This document shows positions 1 to 9,504 of a DNA stretch of 64,000 nt, piece after piece (the first letter of the stretch is position 1; each line of letters starts with the position of its first letter). Source of the DNA: Nitrospirota bacterium (lineage in GTDB: Bacteria; Nitrospirota; UBA9217); contig CAVTRN010000001.1 in assembly GCA_963737155.1 (NCBI GenBank), positions 640,001 through 704,000 on the forward strand, in the 5' to 3' direction. Both the position numbers and the translations under genes were made by a program. The notes below the pieces were generated by a model. That model was not told the origin of the DNA and did not search any database. It saw only the letters and a program-made list of their open reading frames with translations.

Positions 1-1
1 A

Positions 2-769
2 GTAAAACCCCGTGGCCGCAGACAAGTTGAAGTGGTAAAAGTTTTGATTCAGCCCTATTCGGTGTGCGCGGCGGAGAAGAAACTTCATCAATCCCAGAAA
101 TTGATTGATATCGGCAAGATTGCATCCACCCTGGCGCATGGCGTGCGAAACCCACTGAATGCGATCAAGGGCGCCGTTGTTTACCTAAGGGAAAAATACC
201 GTACCGAGGAGACGCTCGCTGAATTCACCAAGATCATGGAAGATGAGATTACGCGCCTAGAACAATTTATCACGAGTTTTTTGAGTTCGTCGGTTTCGGA
301 AACAGAGCAGCGCGCAACAGACATCAATGCATTATTAAAAAGAATAGAAATCTTCACGTCTCTCCAGATTTATACGCGCAATATACAATCACGGTACGAG
401 TTCGGTGACATCCCCCCCCTTACCATGAATTCTTTTCATCTTGAGCAGGCGATCCTCAACGTTATGAATAACGCGATCGAAGCAATGAAGAACGGCGGCA
501 ATCTGATCATTAAAACAGACACTGCGATACGCTCCGGCAGTCTTTTTAGCGTCATAGCAATCTCCGACAGTGGCCCCGGGATGGCTGCTCAGGGTCCCGA
601 TTATATTAATTTGAGCAACAATGATACTGGGAGGGGATTCGGGCTCGCCATCACCGATGAAATTCTGAAGCACTACGGTGGGTATATGGAGATAGACAGC
701 AAGAAAAATGAAGGAACGACGATAACACTCTTTATTCCCTGCCAGCAAAACGCCAAGAAGTCGCTATGA
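2..769 (+). CDS. Two-component sensor histidine kinase (NtrB/AtoS-like), 5'-truncated by window edge
   Basis: H-box LAHGVRNPLNAI, N-box NVMNNAIEAM, G1 DSGPGM, G2 GRGFGLAI. The frame is open from position 2, so the true start is probably upstream of the window. Overlaps the response regulator by ATGA. Confidence 0.92.
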   Translation, partial: VKPRGRRQVEVVKVLIQPYSVCAAEKKLHQSQKLIDIGKIASTLAHGVRNPLNAIKGAVVYLREKYRTEETLAEFTKIMEDEITRLEQFITSFLSSSVSETEQRATDINALLKRIEIFTSLQIYTRNIQSRYEFGDIPPLTMNSFHLEQAILNVMNNAIEAMKNGGNLIIKTDTAIRSGSLFSVIAISDSGPGMAAQGPDYINLSNNDTGRGFGLAITDEILKHYGGYMEIDSKKNEGTTITLFIPCQQNAKKSL

Positions 770-2106
770 TAAACAATAAGACAATATTGATCGTAGACGA
801 CGAACCCAATGCCATCAGAGTTCTCTCAGCAATTTTACAGGAAGAGGGCTATCGAATTCTCAAGTCGACGAATGTAGACACTGCCATTAGCATAATCCAC
901 AGAGAGAGTGTCGATGCAATCATTACTGACCTGAAGATGCCTGTTAAAGACGGTTTTGAACTTTTTCGGTACGTATCCGATAAAAAGCCCGACATTCCTG
1001 TTGTATTTCTGACTGCCTATGGCTCAGTGGATTCAGCGGTAAACGCAATGAGAAACGGAGCATTCTATTATTTTATTAAACCGCCTGATTACGCCCAATT
1101 AAAAAATGTTCTGGCTCGTGCGTTAGAGCAGCATGAAGTAAAAAAGGAATTTGAAAATCTGAAAAAACGCACAGTAGCCGAAAATAATGTATACCCTCTT
1201 ATCGCAAAATCCTCCTCCATGGCGGGAGTTCTTAAGACCGTTGCCTCAGCCAAAGACTCGGATAGCAGTGTTCTTATTCAAGGCGAGACAGGTACCGGAA
1301 AAGAAATAGTGGCCTGCAATCTTCACTATGGCGGTAAACGCTATAACAAACCCTTTGTCGCTGTTAATTGCGCGGCCATACCGAAAGAACTTATGGAATC
1401 AGAGCTTTTCGGTTACGAAAAAGGTGCATTTACCGGTGCCACGTCGATTAAGGCGGGTAAATTTGAGGTAGCCTCGAATGGGACGATATTTCTCGACGAA
1501 ATCGGCGAGATCGATCTGTCCGTTCAGGCTAAACTGTTACGGGTATTGCAAGAACGCGAAGTAGAGCACTTGGGAACAAACAAAAAAATCAAAGTAAACT
1601 TCCGACTGCTTTCCTCGACAAACCGAGATCTTAAAAAAGAGGTCGAGTCAGGCCGGTTCAGAGAAGATCTATATTACAGGATCAACGTAATACAGATAGA
1701 TGTGCCGCCTCTTAGGGACAGGAAGCATGATATTCCTGTACTGGCGTCGGAATTTCTGGACTTTTTTGCAGTACGTGAAAATAGACCCTTGCTTCTGTCT
1801 GATGAAGTTATGGAAGTTTTTTTGAATTATAACTGGCCGGGGAATGTTCGGCAGCTGAAAAATGTTATTGAACGCGCAGTTGTTCTTGCAGAAGGTCATA
1901 AAATCACGATCAAGGATCTTCCCCAGGATTTTCCGATCAGCAGCAAGGATACGGTCAATGAACTCCCGATAAAATCGCTCAAAGATTTGGAGCAACTTGC
2001 TATTAATGAGGCATTACTTCGTTGCAATGGAAATAAATCTCAAGCGGCAAAACAGCTTGGAATCTCGCGTAAAACATTTTATAAGCGACTGAGGGGTATG
2101 GAGTGA
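766..2106 (+). CDS. Sigma54-dependent response regulator (REC-AAA+-Fis HTH, NtrC/AtoC family)
   Basis: Receiver ILIVDDE...ITDLKMP, Walker A GETGTGKE, GAFTGA, Walker B IFLDEIGE, C-terminal GNKSQAAKQLGISRKT HTH. Confidence 0.96.
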   Translation: MINNKTILIVDDEPNAIRVLSAILQEEGYRILKSTNVDTAISIIHRESVDAIITDLKMPVKDGFELFRYVSDKKPDIPVVFLTAYGSVDSAVNAMRNGAFYYFIKPPDYAQLKNVLARALEQHEVKKEFENLKKRTVAENNVYPLIAKSSSMAGVLKTVASAKDSDSSVLIQGETGTGKEIVACNLHYGGKRYNKPFVAVNCAAIPKELMESELFGYEKGAFTGATSIKAGKFEVASNGTIFLDEIGEIDLSVQAKLLRVLQEREVEHLGTNKKIKVNFRLLSSTNRDLKKEVESGRFREDLYYRINVIQIDVPPLRDRKHDIPVLASEFLDFFAVRENRPLLLSDEVMEVFLNYNWPGNVRQLKNVIERAVVLAEGHKITIKDLPQDFPISSKDTVNELPIKSLKDLEQLAINEALLRCNGNKSQAAKQLGISRKTFYKRLRGME

Positions 2107-2319
2107 TCGGCAACTGAAATGGATTCTCCTGATGTTGTTTAAGATATCGCCCTCGCGATAAGAATGCTTTTTTTATTATTATAAACACTTACTGCAGCCC
2201 GGGAAATCCGGCAACCGATCTAAACAGTACAACAACAGGCAAGTTTATAATTTGTCATTTTCTGTGTATTGTCTTCCATGAAAGCATATTTCGGTTAGAA
2301 GGCACTGGAGCAGTTAGAA

Positions 2320-4152
2320 ATGGCTAACAATGATCTTTATAAAGAAAAATTTTTTGTCCTCCAGGAACTATCCCATGCCGTTGTCCTGACCGACAATATC
2401 AGCGCGATCGCGAATACTCTTCTCGATGCAGCAATCACTTACTCCGATGCCGAAAGAGGCTCGCTGATGATGCTGGCCAATCGAGAGGAGTTCACGATTT
2501 TAGCAGCGCGGGGTGTTGACGCACAGGTCATGGAAGGAAGTCGGGTGAAGTTCGGGGACGAGATCGCCGGCATAATTGCCAAAAAAGGTCTGCCGGTGTT
2601 AGTAGAGGACATCGATCGCGATGGCCGATTCAAAAGTCATCGACAAGAACGCTACAAGACAAAATCCTTCATATCCTGCCCCATTATCAGCAAAAACAAA
2701 TTGCTCGGTCTGCTTAACATAAACGACAAGAAGGATAAAACGCCCTTCACGATGGACGATTTCGAATTGTTAAAAACACTAGCGAACCATTCCGCAATTT
2801 TTCTTGAAAATGCCTTACTTATGACGGAGCTGAAAGCAAAGGCGGTGGAGCTGGAAGACATTAACAAGAAACTGGTGGAAACTGATATTCTGAAAAACGA
2901 ATTTCTCACCCGCGTTTCTCATGAGCTGCGCACGCCCTTGAACTCAATCAAGGGAGCAATTTATTTTTTGGAGCAGACTGAAAATATCCGGGAGAAGGAA
3001 CAAAAGGAATTTCAGGGAATTATTTCATCAGAAATCGACAAGCTGGTTTCCATTGTTGAGAACCTTCTGGGCTTTCTCAGGCTTGAAGATGAAACGATGA
3101 TCATCAAGAAATCTGTTCTGAATCTTCGCGATATATTCAGAGAGCTTCAAAACTCAAAGTCGCTCTCAGCCGTCCTGACGCGCAAAGGGATCCGCTTGGC
3201 GTTTGAGTCCGAGGATGCACGCCTGGACATTGTAGGCGACAAGATAAAGGTCGGCCAGCTTTTTGCTAATCTGATCGATGGTTTCTGTTATTATCTCGAG
3301 CGTGGCGACAGTATTGAAATTGCCGCAGGTGAGACCAGTAATGTAAATGTCAACATCGTTCTGGCCAGACCGCTTCCGGATTTTGCAATGGCCATCCTCA
3401 ATGACGCTCGTTTTGTTTTCGAGATGGACCGCTCAGAAGACCGGCTGAAGCTTTACCTAGCCAAAAACATCGTTGAAACGCATAGATGGAAACTCTCCGC
3501 TCAGAACAGTGACAGCGTTTGCAGGATAATGCTGTCAATTCCGAAAAGCAACAAACAGACCATCGATACCTACGTCGCGCAGAGCATGGACTCGTTTGTC
3601 GAGTTCATATCCGAACTGCTCGATTTAGATATCTGTTCTGTAATGCTCGCTGACGAACTCTCTAGTGAGCTTACTGTGAAGAGCGCAATCGGTCTAGATG
3701 ACGACATTGTCAGGAGAACACGGATAAAATTGGGTGATAAGATTGCGGGATGGGTGGCACTCGAAGGGAAACCATTGTTCATCGAGGACATTGAAAGGGA
3801 TGAGCGATTCTCGAAAGTTAGCATATCGCAGTATACGACCAAATCACTGCTGTCACTGCCGCTCAAGATCGGGGATAGGGTGGTAGGCGTACTCAATCTT
3901 AATAACAAAAAAACGTCGGAACCCTTTAGCCAGCACGACTACAACACTGCGAGTTTTTTGAGTGAAATAATTTCACAGTTTATAAATATCCTTTATTCAG
4001 AAAATTACAGCGATGAAAAGCTTCGCCCTTTGTTCGTTTCTTTAAACGAAATGTTGGCTAACGAAATGACCAGCCGATCCAAAACGAATCTTCTGCCTGC
4101 ATTGACTGGCAAAATCTTCAAAAATTCCCCCTCCTTAAAAAATAGTAAATAG
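2320..4152 (+). CDS. GAF-HisKA-(degenerate HATPase)-GAF signalling protein
   Basis: Two similar GAF domains (GLLNINDKKDKTPFT and GVLNLNNKKTSEPFS), H-box VSHELRTPLNSI, ATP-binding N/G boxes degenerate. GGAG upstream of ATG. Confidence 0.85.
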   Translation: MANNDLYKEKFFVLQELSHAVVLTDNISAIANTLLDAAITYSDAERGSLMMLANREEFTILAARGVDAQVMEGSRVKFGDEIAGIIAKKGLPVLVEDIDRDGRFKSHRQERYKTKSFISCPIISKNKLLGLLNINDKKDKTPFTMDDFELLKTLANHSAIFLENALLMTELKAKAVELEDINKKLVETDILKNEFLTRVSHELRTPLNSIKGAIYFLEQTENIREKEQKEFQGIISSEIDKLVSIVENLLGFLRLEDETMIIKKSVLNLRDIFRELQNSKSLSAVLTRKGIRLAFESEDARLDIVGDKIKVGQLFANLIDGFCYYLERGDSIEIAAGETSNVNVNIVLARPLPDFAMAILNDARFVFEMDRSEDRLKLYLAKNIVETHRWKLSAQNSDSVCRIMLSIPKSNKQTIDTYVAQSMDSFVEFISELLDLDICSVMLADELSSELTVKSAIGLDDDIVRRTRIKLGDKIAGWVALEGKPLFIEDIERDERFSKVSISQYTTKSLLSLPLKIGDRVVGVLNLNNKKTSEPFSQHDYNTASFLSEIISQFINILYSENYSDEKLRPLFVSLNEMLANEMTSRSKTNLLPALTGKIFKNSPSLKNSK

Positions 4153-4251
4153 AAAGCTGGCTTTAAATAAAACTAAAAAGACAAGATAGTATAGGATCAT
4201 AACGTTTTGAATGCGAATATTTTAGGCAGATTCCCGGAGGTTTTTTTGTTG

Positions 4252-4971
4252 CTAAAAGAGGATCGATTCAAACTCTGACTTAAGAAGAATGTATTTATTC
4301 TTGAGAACCTTTATTTCGCCGCTTTTCTGCCATTTATCTAATATCCTTGTAACTGTTTCGCGCGAGAGTCCAGTCATATCGGCGATATTCTGATGAATAA
4401 GCTTTAACTTTAAAACCGTGCCTTCACTTATTTTTTCCCCATAAGATTCTGAAAGCATAAGGAACAACATCTTTATCCGTTGAGAAGCATTGTTAAAATT
4501 TAATATTTGAATTTTTTTCATGCTATCTCGCAACCGCGAGCAAAGGATTTTAAGAAGACTTTCAAGGACTTTATTATGGTTGAATAACAAAGAAAAAAAG
4601 TCTGCTTTTGATATTATAGCGGTTACACAATGCTTTGCAGCGTATACGGCGGCAGGTATGGTTTTACCATCAATCAAAGAAAGCTCACCAAAGAAATCAC
4701 CCGCCTGGTGCACCGTCACAATAATTTCTTTGCCATCGTCCGTTGTTTGTACCACCCTTACCTCTCCCTCAAGAATCATGTACATGAATTGATTCGTTTG
4801 CTCTTCGCGCAGGATTATTTGGTTTTTGGAGAAACTCTTGATGATGATGTTATTTTGCATTTCCTGCACTTCGCGCAACGTCATCGAAGAAAAAAGGCCA
4901 ATTTTCTTCAATGTATTTGCTCTGTCATCTACCTTTATAATTTTTCTATCTATGCTTTTAGAATTTGTCAT
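4252..4971 (-). CDS. Crp/Fnr family transcriptional regulator (CRP-like)
   Basis: cNMP-binding fold motif GDFFGELSLID and HTH IADMTGLSRETVTRIL. No FNR Cys cluster. Confidence 0.93.
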   Translation of the reverse strand: MTNSKSIDRKIIKVDDRANTLKKIGLFSSMTLREVQEMQNNIIIKSFSKNQIILREEQTNQFMYMILEGEVRVVQTTDDGKEIIVTVHQAGDFFGELSLIDGKTIPAAVYAAKHCVTAIISKADFFSLLFNHNKVLESLLKILCSRLRDSMKKIQILNFNNASQRIKMLFLMLSESYGEKISEGTVLKLKLIHQNIADMTGLSRETVTRILDKWQKSGEIKVLKNKYILLKSEFESILF

Positions 4972-5205
4972 TTTGCGTATATTACGTTAAAGGATCACGC
5001 TTGTCAAAAATAGGTTTTATCTCGGCCAGCATTTTTACAGCATAGGGAGTAGCTTTTCAATCATGAGCATGTAGAAAACTGATGAAAATAGCCATTTTCG
5101 GCATTCCGTGTTGCAACGGTCTGCGAAATCGCAGACATCTGCTATTACAGGTGTTCTGGACTTCAACTAGCGCTTATCGTGAACGAATGATCCATCTTGT
5201 ATATT

Positions 5206-6513
5206 TTAAGCTTTTACTATTTTACCATTACCTTCGAGACCCTTCATCGCATCCCTCGTATCCACGACTAGCAAGGAATGTTTAAGGATGAGTTTGTAAT
5301 CATAACAGGAGTGATCTGTAGCAATCACTACACAGTCGTAGTTTTTGAGCGTTTTTTTCGTCAATGGTACTGAGCTTTTTCTAAGATCGTATTTTCGCAT
5401 CTTTTTCGCCTTTGGAATGTAGGGATCATTGTAATCAACGCTGGCACCCTTCTCTGTTAAAAGCTCAATAATCCTCAATGACGGCGATTCTCTAGTATCG
5501 TCTATGTCTTTTTTGTACGCAAGGCCTAAAACCAGAATTTTTGACGATTGGAGGGTCTTCTTTTTCGCATTAAGTGCGCCAGTGATCTTTTCTACGACGT
5601 AATTGGGCATAGAGGTATTAATTTCCCCAGCTAGTTCGATAAATTTGGTGTGGAAATCATACTCCCTAGCCTTCCATGTGAGATAGAAGGGATCAATGGG
5701 AATACAGTGCCCACCCAAGCCAGGACCGGGATAAAATGCCTGAAATCCAAAAGGTTTTGTCTTGGCCGCATCAATCACTTCGAAGATATCAATGCCCATC
5801 TTATCAAATAAGACCTTCATCTCGTTTACCATCGCGATGTTGACAGCACGATAAATATTCTCGAGAAGTTTTGCTGCCTCCGCAACCCTGGTAGATGAAA
5901 CCGGTACCGTCTGTTTAACAATTGCGCTATAGAGTGCATCAGCGACCTTGAGACAATCTTTAGTATACCCACCCACAATCTTTGGTATCATGCTTGTTGA
6001 ATATTGTTTGTTATTTGGATCCTCCCGCTCCGGTGAGAAAGCAAGATAAAAATCTTTACCTGCTCTCAGGCCAGTTGCTTCGAGAATTTCCCGCATATCC
6101 GAGTCTGTTGTGCCCGGGTAAGTAGTTGATTCGAGCACAACAAGCTGTCCTTTGTGAAGGTGTTTGGCAACCGTTTTTGTTGTATCCAGCACAAAGGAGA
6201 GATCGGGCTCACGATGCTTCCCCAAAGGTGTCGGAACACACATGATAATGCAGTCCACATCCCTTAGCATTGAAAAATTTGTGGTAGCCGTAAAACCTTT
6301 ATTGTTCTTAAGTATTTTTACCTCTTTGTCAGGGATATGTTTAATATAGGTCTTTCCCTTGCGCAAGTAACTGATTTTGTCTTCGTCTATGTCGAAACCA
6401 ATAGTTTCAAATCCGGAGATTATAAACTGGAAAACCAATGGTAGCCCGACATAACCGAGGCCAATAATACCTATTATGGCTTTTCTTTTTTTTATTTTAT
6501 CTTGAAGTACCAT
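5206..6513 (-). CDS. wbpA: Nucleotide-sugar 6-dehydrogenase, UDP-GlcNAc dehydrogenase WbpA-like
   Basis: GLGYVGLP, CVPTP, LESTTYPGTT, FSPEREDP, catalytic GPGLGGHCIPIDPFYL, DTRESP. Confidence 0.88.
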   Translation of the reverse strand: MVLQDKIKKRKAIIGIIGLGYVGLPLVFQFIISGFETIGFDIDEDKISYLRKGKTYIKHIPDKEVKILKNNKGFTATTNFSMLRDVDCIIMCVPTPLGKHREPDLSFVLDTTKTVAKHLHKGQLVVLESTTYPGTTDSDMREILEATGLRAGKDFYLAFSPEREDPNNKQYSTSMIPKIVGGYTKDCLKVADALYSAIVKQTVPVSSTRVAEAAKLLENIYRAVNIAMVNEMKVLFDKMGIDIFEVIDAAKTKPFGFQAFYPGPGLGGHCIPIDPFYLTWKAREYDFHTKFIELAGEINTSMPNYVVEKITGALNAKKKTLQSSKILVLGLAYKKDIDDTRESPSLRIIELLTEKGASVDYNDPYIPKAKKMRKYDLRKSSVPLTKKTLKNYDCVVIATDHSCYDYKLILKHSLLVVDTRDAMKGLEGNGKIVKA

Positions 6514-7258
6514 TGTAATTATATGATCTTTGTTCTTAAATAACTTCAGGTTATGTACAGGAATCTCAATATGTTGATAAAGGCTTTTTTCGTAATGAAA
6601 GAAATAACTGCCCGATTATACAAAGCTTTCAACCTTAATTACTGGGGATATACCTTTTCCCTCAATGCTATATTTTGGTGCTTCCCACACTCATTCCGCT
6701 AGAACCTTTTTTATACTTATCTGGTAATTGCAGAAGGTATTAACTCACAATTAGTAGTTGATGATGCTGTCGATAAGCAACATTGTATTTGGTTCTTTAT
6801 TCTGCCACAAGTTGCCTGTACTAGTCAACAGGTTGCGATATTTTTCGTTATTTTGCGTTTTCGTGCAAATGTATATCCAACAAGTATATTATGAAACACT
6901 TCCAGTATTCAGTACAATTGCGGTTGGCTTCATAACCTAGGCTGAAAAAGGGCATAAAAAGCGCAAAAATTGACAATTTGAACATTCAAGATTTGCGATA
7001 TATGACCATAAAATTAAAATGCTGTTCAAAACGAGCAAGTTGAAAATTTACTTTGGACAGGTGTGAATTGTCATATTTTTATACTGAGATTTCGAGTAAT
7101 AGTACGTCTAATCGCTTGCATTTGCATGTTTGTTAATTTGTTAATCATTTTTTTAATATGATATAATTTTAATCATATAAATTGGGTTTTCCTTTAGGCA
7201 CAATCAACAGAATTTTACGTTCAGCCTACAGTTGTTATAATAACAAAGAGATTACAAC

Positions 7259-7621
7259 ATGATGAACGAAAATAAATATTCCCTGTTCCTAACTATACTG
7301 ATCGTTATGATCTCAGGTTGCGGAGGCCAAGCCTCATCTATAACATCTTATACGGGAAATGCGATTTTGTCATGGAGCACTCCCACTGAGTATAGTGATG
7401 GGTCAGCCATGTTAGCAAGCAATATCACTGGGTATGAAATATATACTGGGAGTTCTTCGAGACATTACGATTGCAATCATCTTGTTTCTGCTTCGACCGC
7501 GAGTTTTCGAATAAGCGATCTAAACGTCCCGAAGGGATCTTTCTATGCTGCCATTACTACACTGGACAAATCAGGCTGTGAGAGTACTTTTTCCAGTGAA
7601 GTGTCCGCAACATTAAATTGA
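7259..7621 (+). CDS. Small lipoprotein with a fibronectin type III-like domain
   Basis: Signal peptide with lipobox ISGC. FN3-like pattern LSWSTPTEYSDGS...ITGYEIYTG...ESTFSSEVS. Confidence 0.7.
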   Translation: MMNENKYSLFLTILIVMISGCGGQASSITSYTGNAILSWSTPTEYSDGSAMLASNITGYEIYTGSSSRHYDCNHLVSASTASFRISDLNVPKGSFYAAITTLDKSGCESTFSSEVSATLN

Positions 7622-8175
7622 CAAAGTCTCGATTTTTCCACCAGCTCACTATGGTCTTTTTATGATACCATGTTCATTGATTAGCCCGAGAACAACGCCA
7701 TTTATGTTTTTTGCTTGGACCGCATTATTATTATCCTTCTCGCGCTCCGCAATGCAAAATTACTCTAATACTATTTTTTATCTATTTCAAATTAATGCAA
7801 GAGATTATTTAACCTAAATACGGTCCTTTAATCCTCGCTTCCGATACTTGGATATCCATTCTGTGATGATATGCACCATGGGCACTATGTCGAATTTCCA
7901 TATTGCCATCTTATCATAATAACATTACCAGCTTGCGGCTGGTGCTCTTTCATCCACGATCTTACGCTCGAAGGTCTTCAGTGCCGTTTTTGATAAGCGT
8001 AGCAGACGCTATGGGGTCTAAATCCATAACCTCACAGATAACTGCGTCTGCGGAATCCAAAGAAGGTTAGCGCAATTGCAACAGTGAACAACAAAAAAAC
8101 CAATTGCCTTTCAGATGCAATTGCTCGCGGATGGGAACTCTATCCTTCAGAGTCACGGTATAGTTGCTGCGCTGG

Positions 8176-9090
8176 TCAATCGTACTGCAACCCCTCTTTA
8201 CCTTCTTGTTCGCGGACGATCTGGAGAAGATACTTTCCATAGCCATTTTTTCGCAATGGCTCCGCAAGACTGCAAACGCGCTCTGCATCGATATATCCCA
8301 TTCGATAGGCGACCTCTTCGATACATGCAACTTTGAGCCCCTGACGTTTTTCAATAGTCTCGATAAATGTACCCGCTTCAAGGAGCGACTCATGGGTGCC
8401 TGTATCCAGCCAGGCAAAGCCCCTCCCGAAAAGTTTCACTCTGAGCTCTCTCCGTGCTAGATAGGCATTTATAATGTCCGCGATCTCTAACTCCCCACGG
8501 GCAGACGGCTTAAGCTCTGATGCGATGAAAACGACGTCATTATCAAAAAAATAGAGTCCCGGCACGGCGTAGTTCGACTTGGGGCGGGCCGGTTTTTCTT
8601 CGATACCTAAAGCTCTCCCGGACTCGTCAAATTCCACAACCCCATATCGTTCCGGATCTTTTACCTGGCAGCCAAAGATAAGGCCTCCCTTTTCAATCTG
8701 AACTGCTTTTTTAAGGATGTCCGCCAAACCATGTCCATAAAAAATATTATCGCCGAGGATCAGGCAAACATGGTCCGATCCGATGAAATCCCTTCCGATA
8801 ACAAAAGCCTGTGCAAGACCTTCTGGGCGTGGCTGCTCAGCATAAAAAAACCGAAGGCCCAAAGAGGAACCGTTGCCGAAGAGGCGATTGAACTTCGGGA
8901 GATCCTCGGGCGTGGAGATGATGAGTATTTCGCGGATGCCCGCCAGCATGAGTACTGAGAGCGGGTAATAGATCATCGGCTTATCATATACACTCAAGAG
9001 TTGCTTGTTTACAGCCAAAGTAATGGGATACAGCCTTGTTCCTGCACCTCCCGCAAGGATTATCCCTTTCCATTTATGCCCGCTCTCCAT
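8176..9090 (-). CDS. rfbA: Glucose-1-phosphate thymidylyltransferase
   Basis: [61 protein letters not shown]. Start set at ATG 9090, which follows GGAGG. Confidence 0.95.
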   Translation of the reverse strand: MESGHKWKGIILAGGAGTRLYPITLAVNKQLLSVYDKPMIYYPLSVLMLAGIREILIISTPEDLPKFNRLFGNGSSLGLRFFYAEQPRPEGLAQAFVIGRDFIGSDHVCLILGDNIFYGHGLADILKKAVQIEKGGLIFGCQVKDPERYGVVEFDESGRALGIEEKPARPKSNYAVPGLYFFDNDVVFIASELKPSARGELEIADIINAYLARRELRVKLFGRGFAWLDTGTHESLLEAGTFIETIEKRQGLKVACIEEVAYRMGYIDAERVCSLAEPLRKNGYGKYLLQIVREQEGKEGLQYD

Positions 9091-9404
9091 GAATGTCCTC
9101 CAGTCCTTTTTTATTGCCAAGCGCGTCTTTCTTACTATATACTATTAGTATTACATAGTGGAAGGAAAGGATTTTCTCTTCTGATGGCTAACAGATAGAG
9201 CCCTGTTCCTGTTCATCCTTAGTTTGTTGACCATCGTGGTCAACCTCATGAGGGGTAATATCACCAAGCGTCGTACGTTGAGCTAACCGACTACCCCTTA
9301 TATAGATACTATTGACGCAGTTATCATATCCTGATAAATTAGGATTCTGATAATTTAGATCTGATAATATTGAAAAAACTATTATTAGAATTCACAATGT
9401 CGTT

Positions 9405-9420
9405 TGTGCTCTGAATCACA
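9405..9420. promoter_or_regulatory. Putative CRP-type binding site TGTGC-N6-TCACA
   Basis: 9/10 match to TGTGA-N6-TCACA in the AT-rich divergent intergenic region. A -10-like TAGACT at 9442-9447 fits class II spacing for the 9505 gene. Confidence 0.4.
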
Positions 9421-9504
9421 GAAAGTATGTCTTGATAATGATAGACTTAGTACAATTGAAATTACATTTTAATTGTTTTTAGAATTTAGCATCGGGAGGT
9501 AGAT

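Noticed and set aside
2-2106. Calling the kinase/regulator pair PrsK/PrsR
   Set aside because: Only generic NtrB/NtrC-family motifs are visible, and no exosortase or complete PEP-CTERM protein is in the window.
7622-8175. Possible rmlC remnant after rfbA
   Set aside because: No RmlC-like motifs seen in the minus-strand frames I read.
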